DNA of 64,000 bases from Candidatus Hodarchaeota archaeon (GTDB taxonomy: Archaea > Asgardarchaeota > Odinarchaeia > Odinarchaeales > JBHLKK01): positions 33,925 to 97,924 of the forward strand of contig JBHLKK010000001.1 in the NCBI GenBank assembly GCA_048886745.1, given 5' to 3'. Position 1 is the stretch's first letter; each line of letters begins with the position of its first letter. A model generated the notes under the pieces. That model did not search any database, was not told the DNA's origin, and saw only the letters and a program-made list of their open reading frames with translations. Positions 58,343-64,000 of this stretch are shown piece after piece. Both the position numbers and the translations under genes were made by a program.

Positions 58343-58867
58343 TCAAACAGAAAGTACTTTTCGTACCATCATTCGAGCTAACATGGAAAAACAGTCAACA
58401 ACATTTACTCCGAACTTGGCAGACGACTCATAATAGGGAATTCCCCGATCATAGGCTAGCTTTTCCCCTTCTTCACGACTGATCATGCGACTATTGGTCA
58501 TATCTACCTTATTCGCAACCAGAATCATTGGAATTATACTACACTGATTTACAACTTCATTAAACCACTTATCCATGTTTTTGAATGTTTCACTTCTTGT
58601 TACGTCATAGACCAACAGACACCCTTTGGCACCCCTATAGTAGAGAGATCTTAGATTGCTAAATCTTTCTTGACCACCTGTATCCCAGATTTGCAGCTTC
58701 ACATGCAGTCCGTCCACATCTATGGTTTTTATGGCGAATGATACGCCTACGGTAAGCTTATATTCGTCACTAAAACTCTCCTCGCTAAACCTGGTGGTCA
58801 AGGATGTTTTCCCTACTGCCCCATCTCCAACTACGATGGTCTTGAAAAGATAATCATAATCAGGCAT
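58343..58867 (-). CDS. Rab/Ras-like small GTPase (eukaryote-like)
   Basis: G1 GDGAVGKT, switch I YKLTVGVSF, G3 WDTGGQERF, G4 NKVD, G5 SSAK. There is no C-terminal Cys prenylation motif (the protein ends RKVLSV). Confidence 0.9.
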   Translation of the reverse strand: MPDYDYLFKTIVVGDGAVGKTSLTTRFSEESFSDEYKLTVGVSFAIKTIDVDGLHVKLQIWDTGGQERFSNLRSLYYRGAKGCLLVYDVTRSETFKNMDKWFNEVVNQCSIIPMILVANKVDMTNSRMISREEGEKLAYDRGIPYYESSAKFGVNVVDCFSMLARMMVRKVLSV

Positions 58868-59057
58868 AGCGATTACCTGTCATAACTCGTTCAGTCTCTA
58901 ATACCTAATTTTGATTTATGTGATAAAAACATTATTGACATATGAACCGGTGTTGAAGACAGGAATCTTCAAATGATTCTATTTAATGAATCTCTTTGCT
59001 TATCTGATTACAGCTATTGAGCATTAGGAAAATACGCAAGCAGTAGATGGAGAAATG

Positions 59058-59123
59058 TTTATATAGAAGTTTAATTTCCCCTTGCAAATGAACCTTACGA
59101 TAATAAGATATTTTTGGAGGTGA
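59058..59123 (+). promoter_or_regulatory. Putative thermosome promoter TATA box (TTTATATA) and RBS (GGAGGTGA)
   Basis: TTTATATA at 59058-59065 lies about 70 nt upstream of the ATG. GGAGGTGA at 59116-59123 lies 9 nt upstream of ATG 59133. Confidence 0.4.
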
Positions 59124-59132
59124 AGGGGTTCC

Positions 59133-60812
59133 ATGTCGGCACAATTAGCACAAATTGGTGGAACACCTGTCTTAATCCTTAAAGAAGGTACAGCAAGAAG
59201 TCGTGGTAAGGAAGCCCAAAAATCAAACATCATGGCTGCAAAGGTAATAGGTGAAGCAATAAGAACTTCACTAGGTCCTCGGGGAATGGATAAAATGTTA
59301 GTTGACAGCCTGGGGGACGTGACAATTACAAACGACGGTGCAACGATCTTAGACGAGATTGATGTTCAACATCCAGCTGCAAAGATGATGGTCGAAGTTG
59401 CCAAAACCCAAGATGACGAAGTCGGGGACGGAACCACAAGCGCAGTCGTACTAGCAGGTGAACTTCTTAAGAAAGGTGAAGAGCTTATTGAGCAGAACAT
59501 TCATCCGACAACTATAGTTGCAGGATACAAGAAAGCTGCTGACAAGGCAATTAAGGTCCTTGAAGAGATTTCCATAACAGTAGAACCTGATGACAAAAAG
59601 GTTCTCAGGAAGATTGCTATGACATCCATGAACAGTAAATCTATCGCTGGAGCAAAGGAGCACTTTGCAGACATATCGGTCACTGCACTCAATCAGATTG
59701 CAGAAGACAGAGATGGCAGACTGTATGTTGATATCGATATGGTAGGGATAGTAAAGAAACAAGGAAAAAGCCTGAAAGAAACTGAATTGATTAATGGCGT
59801 AGTAATTGACAAAGAGGTAGTTCATTCAGGAATGCCTAAGCGTGTTGAGAAAGCGAAGATAGCACTTCTTGATACAGCTTTAGAGGTTGAGAAACCAGAA
59901 TTTGACGCACAAATAAGGATATCGGATCCCACTCAGATGAAGGAGTTCCTTGCCGAAGAGGAGAATATGTTAAGGAAGATGGTGGATAAGATTGCCAATT
60001 CTGGCGCGAATGTAGTGTTTTGTCAAAAGGGAATCGACGATATGGCTCAACACTTTCTATCTAAGAAAGGGATTTTATCAGTTCGGAGAGTCAAGAAGAG
60101 TGATATGGAGAAACTGAGCAAAGCCACGGGGGGCGTCATCTTAACCACTATGGACGACTTGGATCGTAAGAGTCTTGGCTTGTGTGGACTTGTAGAGGAA
60201 GTCAAGATTGGAGAAGACAAGCTGATATATGTTAGAGAATGCAAGGATCCTAGAGCAGTTAGTGTTGTCATCCGAGGAGGAACCGAGCTCGTGGTTGACG
60301 AAGCAGAAAGAGCGCTTCATGACAGTCTTTGTGTTGTCAGAAATGTGATGGAAACCAGAAAAATCGTTGCTGGTGGTGGTGCGCCTGAGATAGAAATCGC
60401 CAAGAGACTGAGGAGTTATGCTGGAAGCGTTGGCGGCAGAGAGCAACTCGCTATTGAGGCGTTTGCTGATGCCTTGGAGATAATACCTTCAACCCTTGCA
60501 GAGAATGCAGGACATGACCCGATTGATTTTCTAGTTGAACTTAGAGCTAAACACGAAGAAAAAGAAGGCGGGCTATGGTATGGCGTAGATGTTATCAAGG
60601 GTAAGGCAACGGATATGCACAGGCAAGGAGTCATTGAACCCAGCATTGTGAAGCGTCAGGTTATTCGCTCGGCAACTGAGTCATCTCAAATGATATTGAG
60701 GATAGATGACGTAATAGCGTCCAAAGGAATGAGCAGAGAAGATATGCCCAGAGGCGGTCCTCCTATGCCTGGAGGAATGCCCGGTGGGATGCCCGGAATG
60801 CCACCTTATTAG
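59133..60812 (+). CDS. ths: Thermosome subunit (group II chaperonin)
   Basis: [45 protein letters not shown] and the C-terminal [13 protein letters not shown] tail. Confidence 0.95.
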   Translation: MSAQLAQIGGTPVLILKEGTARSRGKEAQKSNIMAAKVIGEAIRTSLGPRGMDKMLVDSLGDVTITNDGATILDEIDVQHPAAKMMVEVAKTQDDEVGDGTTSAVVLAGELLKKGEELIEQNIHPTTIVAGYKKAADKAIKVLEEISITVEPDDKKVLRKIAMTSMNSKSIAGAKEHFADISVTALNQIAEDRDGRLYVDIDMVGIVKKQGKSLKETELINGVVIDKEVVHSGMPKRVEKAKIALLDTALEVEKPEFDAQIRISDPTQMKEFLAEEENMLRKMVDKIANSGANVVFCQKGIDDMAQHFLSKKGILSVRRVKKSDMEKLSKATGGVILTTMDDLDRKSLGLCGLVEEVKIGEDKLIYVRECKDPRAVSVVIRGGTELVVDEAERALHDSLCVVRNVMETRKIVAGGGAPEIEIAKRLRSYAGSVGGREQLAIEAFADALEIIPSTLAENAGHDPIDFLVELRAKHEEKEGGLWYGVDVIKGKATDMHRQGVIEPSIVKRQVIRSATESSQMILRIDDVIASKGMSREDMPRGGPPMPGGMPGGMPGMPPY

Positions 60813-60831
60813 AATAAGGGGGATCATCCTC

Positions 60832-60837
60832 TTTTTT
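60832..60837 (+). terminator. Oligo-T tract downstream of the thermosome gene
   Basis: TTTTTT lies 20 nt after the stop at 60810-60812, consistent with archaeal oligo-T termination signals. Confidence 0.3.
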
Positions 60838-60907
60838 ATCAGTGTAGATTCATGATTTTTTCTTTAGACTGTGACTATCAAACCTTGTGGCTAAGACATT
60901 ATACTAA

Positions 60908-62272
60908 TCATCCCATTATTCTTAGGAGGTCAAAACCCTTCTTGACAGCTTCAAGACCAGAGGGGGCAAAAATCCAAACTATTGATTCCTTCCCTACGCC
61001 ACCTCGATCCCAGATTACTTCAGGAACTCGTCCTGCTTTTCTAATGGCATTATTTACGCCCCAAGCCAACAATTGATCTTCTGTCTTTACATTCTTCGGC
61101 GTATCTCTACGATCAAAATCTGAGACGATCATACCCATGGCTTTACATGTGTCAAGGATTCTTTGAGAGTATCTTATAATGACTGAAGCTCGATAATTCG
61201 GATTGTGTTTTATCATAGCAAGAATGATCGATGCGCGGGGAGATACTCCAAACCACGGAAAACCAACAACTACTGGACGTCCATCTATTATCGTTATTCT
61301 TCCATCTATTGCTGCGACTTCATCTTCAGATTTTGCGCTAGGCAGAGCCATCAGTATATCTGCCCTGGTTTCAGGAACTAGTTCGCTAAATCGGGGAGTG
61401 GTACTGACATCTCTTATGGCTAGATGGAGGTTGCTAAGAACTTCAAACCTCTCCTCCATTGGTTGAATGGTAGCAAGGGGGTTTATTATAGCTGCCCCAC
61501 GTCCTATGCCAACCGGAGACGAAAAAACGGTATGGATAAATTCCTCGGCGTTATTTACTGCTTCATCAATACTATGTCCTTTTGCCAAGAATGCGGCTAT
61601 TGCTGCTGAAAAAACACAGCCAGAACCATGAATATTCTCCGATCCAATTCTTGGCTTGGAATAGGTTTTCATCTGTCCCTTCCAACAGAGTAAATCTGTT
61701 ACATTTTCAGAAGGTAGGTGCCCACCTTTGATCACTACAGCCTCTGGTCCTTTATTTATGAGTTCTTTGGCTGCCGTTTCGAGATCGCCGATATCCTTGA
61801 TTCGTGTGTCCAAGATTGCTTCTGCCTCAACTATGTTCGGTGTCAGAACAGTTGCTCTGGGTATAAGGTCTTCAATGATGGCTTTTTCGGATTGTTTGGT
61901 AATTAAGCGATCACCAACTCCTGCCCATATTACTGGGTCAACAACAAGTTGAAATCCATACTGATCGAGCTTTTCAATCAGCATCCTGACAATGTCTCTG
62001 CTAGGCAGTAAACCGGTTTTTGCAGCATTAATGCCCATATCCAAAGCGACAGCATCAATCTGATCTTCAACCATTTCAGAGGTGACATTCATCATACCAG
62101 TAATCTTAATAGTGTTTTGTGCCGTAATGGCTGTAACTGCACAAGCGCCGTGTACACCTAGAGCCGCAAAAGTCTTTAGATCTGCAGCTATCCCAGCCCC
62201 ACCACCGCTATCTGATCCGGCTATAGTCAATGCTATATGCGATCTTACAATGGTCTGTCGGGCTTCAATCAT
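60908..62272 (-). CDS. thiDN: Bifunctional hydroxymethylpyrimidine/phosphomethylpyrimidine kinase + thiamine-phosphate synthase (ThiD-ThiN fusion)
   Basis: The ThiD N-terminus is [40 protein letters not shown] and the C-terminal ~180 aa are ThiN-like. ATG 62272 is preceded by AGGTGAGAGGGG, so I prefer it to 62341. Confidence 0.85.
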   Translation of the reverse strand: MIEARQTIVRSHIALTIAGSDSGGGAGIAADLKTFAALGVHGACAVTAITAQNTIKITGMMNVTSEMVEDQIDAVALDMGINAAKTGLLPSRDIVRMLIEKLDQYGFQLVVDPVIWAGVGDRLITKQSEKAIIEDLIPRATVLTPNIVEAEAILDTRIKDIGDLETAAKELINKGPEAVVIKGGHLPSENVTDLLCWKGQMKTYSKPRIGSENIHGSGCVFSAAIAAFLAKGHSIDEAVNNAEEFIHTVFSSPVGIGRGAAIINPLATIQPMEERFEVLSNLHLAIRDVSTTPRFSELVPETRADILMALPSAKSEDEVAAIDGRITIIDGRPVVVGFPWFGVSPRASIILAMIKHNPNYRASVIIRYSQRILDTCKAMGMIVSDFDRRDTPKNVKTEDQLLAWGVNNAIRKAGRVPEVIWDRGGVGKESIVWIFAPSGLEAVKKGFDLLRIMG

Positions 62273-62363
62273 ATCAACCCCTCTCACCTTAGAATACCTC
62301 AACCAATATTTAACATAGCAGGAAATATATTGGATAATCAATATCAGGGTAGGAGAGACAGAA

Positions 62364-63371
62364 TTGCAGGAAATAATAAGAGACGGAGATGCAATAATCT
62401 CAAAGCATAATCTTGTCTTCTATGCCTTTGGTTATGAGCACCCACAAGGCAACATAATCGCATTCTTAAAATATGTTCCAAACGAGTATAAGAGACATTT
62501 CAGAATTTCATGGTTGGAATACAATTGGGAATTCGAAGGTATATCTCTTGTCAGACCTTCAGAACTTTACTCTCCCCGAACGTACTCAGCAGTTATTGAA
62601 GGATTGAAGAGCATATCCCCCGATTATTCATACGAAGACAAAATCATCGCAAAGCCGATAATTGTGGTTCCAAGAAGATTGATAAGAAGGATCTTTTTTC
62701 CATATAAGCGGCTTCAACACCTACTGAACAAGAAAAACCTTGATCCCTTGGAGAAAAAGGCTGTTAATCTCATTAAGCTATTATCAGATGAATCAGGAAC
62801 ATCTATTACTGATTTTGGAATTCACGGTTCAATATCTTTAGGTATGCATACCGAGAAAAGCGATATCGATATATCAGTTTACGGAGCGAAAAACTTCAGA
62901 AGAGTAAAGAGAACTGTTGCCGAGTTGGATGGGGATGGGTTAATTGTTCTATCCAAAAGCAATCCGATTGAAAGAGTTCGATGCAATAGAGGGTTTTACG
63001 AGGAAAAGAATTTCGTGTTTAATGCAACCCGCAAAAACGAAGAAATTACCGATCAATATGGTTCGGCGTCATATAAGGCCATAAAACCGCTGAAATTCTC
63101 ATGCAAAGTGGTAAACGCTGATGAGGCTATGTTTAGACCTGCTAAATACCATATTGAGGATTATATCCCTCTCAATAGATCTTACGAAATTGAAGAGAAA
63201 CCGAAGACCGTCGTCTCAATGATAGGAGAATTCAGGGATATTGCAAAAGCAGGAGATAGAATAGAAGTACATGGCATGTTGGAAAGAGTTGAGGGCAAAC
63301 GGACTACGTATAGAGTCGTCATAGGTTCAGGCTTTGGGAAGGAATACATATGGCCAGAAAATTTAGAGTAA
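62364..63371 (+). CDS. Pol-beta-superfamily nucleotidyltransferase-domain protein (paralog 1)
   Basis: NTase core is FGIHGSISLGMHTEKSDIDISVYG (GS...DxD). There is an N-terminal ~150-aa domain and a C-terminal beta-rich, OB-like region. The TTG start is preceded by AGGAGAG. Confidence 0.65.
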   Translation: MQEIIRDGDAIISKHNLVFYAFGYEHPQGNIIAFLKYVPNEYKRHFRISWLEYNWEFEGISLVRPSELYSPRTYSAVIEGLKSISPDYSYEDKIIAKPIIVVPRRLIRRIFFPYKRLQHLLNKKNLDPLEKKAVNLIKLLSDESGTSITDFGIHGSISLGMHTEKSDIDISVYGAKNFRRVKRTVAELDGDGLIVLSKSNPIERVRCNRGFYEEKNFVFNATRKNEEITDQYGSASYKAIKPLKFSCKVVNADEAMFRPAKYHIEDYIPLNRSYEIEEKPKTVVSMIGEFRDIAKAGDRIEVHGMLERVEGKRTTYRVVIGSGFGKEYIWPENLE

Positions 63372-64000
63372 GGGATAGAGATGCTCCAGTTACAGATGAA
63401 GGCATAATTCTCCGAGTTTATGGCTATTCCCATCCATCAAACGCAGCCATATGTGACGCAGAGTATGCAAGCGACCAGATATACCACAGTCACGATATAC
63501 GGGCATTAAGAAAGGATCGGAAATCTGAGACCATATACTATAAGTTCTATTCTGACGAGGGGCTCCAATTTATTAAGAGCAACCACCCACAATACCAGAT
63601 TTACTATGAACCGTTGCAGAAATGGATGGTCGGAATCAGAAAGGAGCAAATTGCAGAATTGAGAAAACCAGAGACCAAACTTCAACAATTGATAACTGGA
63701 GAAAAGGAAGACTTGCTCATTAGTTCTGGGATTGATGTCCTTGACATGATCTTTGAGCGTTCCAATCTTAGAAGCTCAGATTTCGGCATTTTTGGTTCTA
63801 TTCTTCATGATTTTCATCATATTTCCTACAGCGATATAGATTTTATTATATATGGAAGAAAACCTCTCAACACTCTTCTCAGCCTACTAGCAGATTTCTA
63901 TTCAGAAAGAGAGTCGAGCCTGAGAAATGAGTTTGAAGGTCCTCCAAAGGCTGGTTCAAGCAGTCATTGGATGTTCAAAGATTATTCGGCCAGAGAATAT
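63350..64000 (+). CDS. Pol-beta-superfamily nucleotidyltransferase-domain protein (paralog 2), 3'-truncated by the window edge; absent from the ORF track
   Basis: ATG 63350 opens a frame that runs to nt 64000 (217 codons): MARKFRVRDRDAPVTDEGIILRVYGYSHP...FGIFGSILHDFHHISYSDIDFIIYG. Its domain order matches paralog 1, and it overlaps that gene by 22 nt. Confidence 0.6.
   Translation, partial: MARKFRVRDRDAPVTDEGIILRVYGYSHPSNAAICDAEYASDQIYHSHDIRALRKDRKSETIYYKFYSDEGLQFIKSNHPQYQIYYEPLQKWMVGIRKEQIAELRKPETKLQQLITGEKEDLLISSGIDVLDMIFERSNLRSSDFGIFGSILHDFHHISYSDIDFIIYGRKPLNTLLSLLADFYSERESSLRNEFEGPPKAGSSSHWMFKDYSAREY

Noticed and set aside
62273-62363. TPP riboswitch upstream of thiDN
   Set aside because: Only about 90 nt are shared with a divergent promoter. 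Neither the conserved CUGAGA box nor the pyrimidine-sensing helix motif is present.

Overview
Gene-dense (roughly 90% coding), approximately 40% GC archaeal chromosomal segment. Archaeal hallmarks: a histone-fold protein, a thermosome subunit, Hjc resolvase, fused ThiD-ThiN, TrmI, archaeal/eukaryal-type GluRS, a Clp1-type kinase, a PAC2-family proteasome chaperone, A/T-rich TATA-like boxes and GGAGG/GGTGA ribosome-binding sites. A Rab/Ras-like small GTPase, several longin/roadblock-like domain proteins and many coiled-coil proteins suggest an Asgard-type archaeon; this is inference only. I recognised no rRNA, tRNA, CRISPR array, IS element or prophage by eye. Most of the window is housekeeping metabolism: feoB, mtaD-like, pyrF, pckG, ilvE, an alanine aminotransferase, gltX, thiDN, and a nuoL/nuoM-like pair. 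Best candidates for something new: (1) the 5.3-9.1 kb cluster of longin-like/wHTH paralogs, one of which (8136..9059) has sequence patterns resembling a longin + core-DENN module (the eukaryotic Rab-GEF architecture), with a PAC2 gene next downstream; (2) a KaiC/RecA-type ATPase fused to the same longin-like + wHTH module, inside a radical-SAM / adenylating-ligase / methyltransferase neighbourhood; (3) two overlapping tandem paralogous Pol-beta-type nucleotidyltransferases at the 3' edge, the second missing from the ORF track; (4) two GC-rich non-coding stretches that may encode structured RNAs; (5) two reading-frame anomalies, hjc needing a -1 shift at an A5 run and a PaaK-like ligase interrupted by an in-frame TAA. 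All functional calls come from motif recognition by eye. No database search was run.
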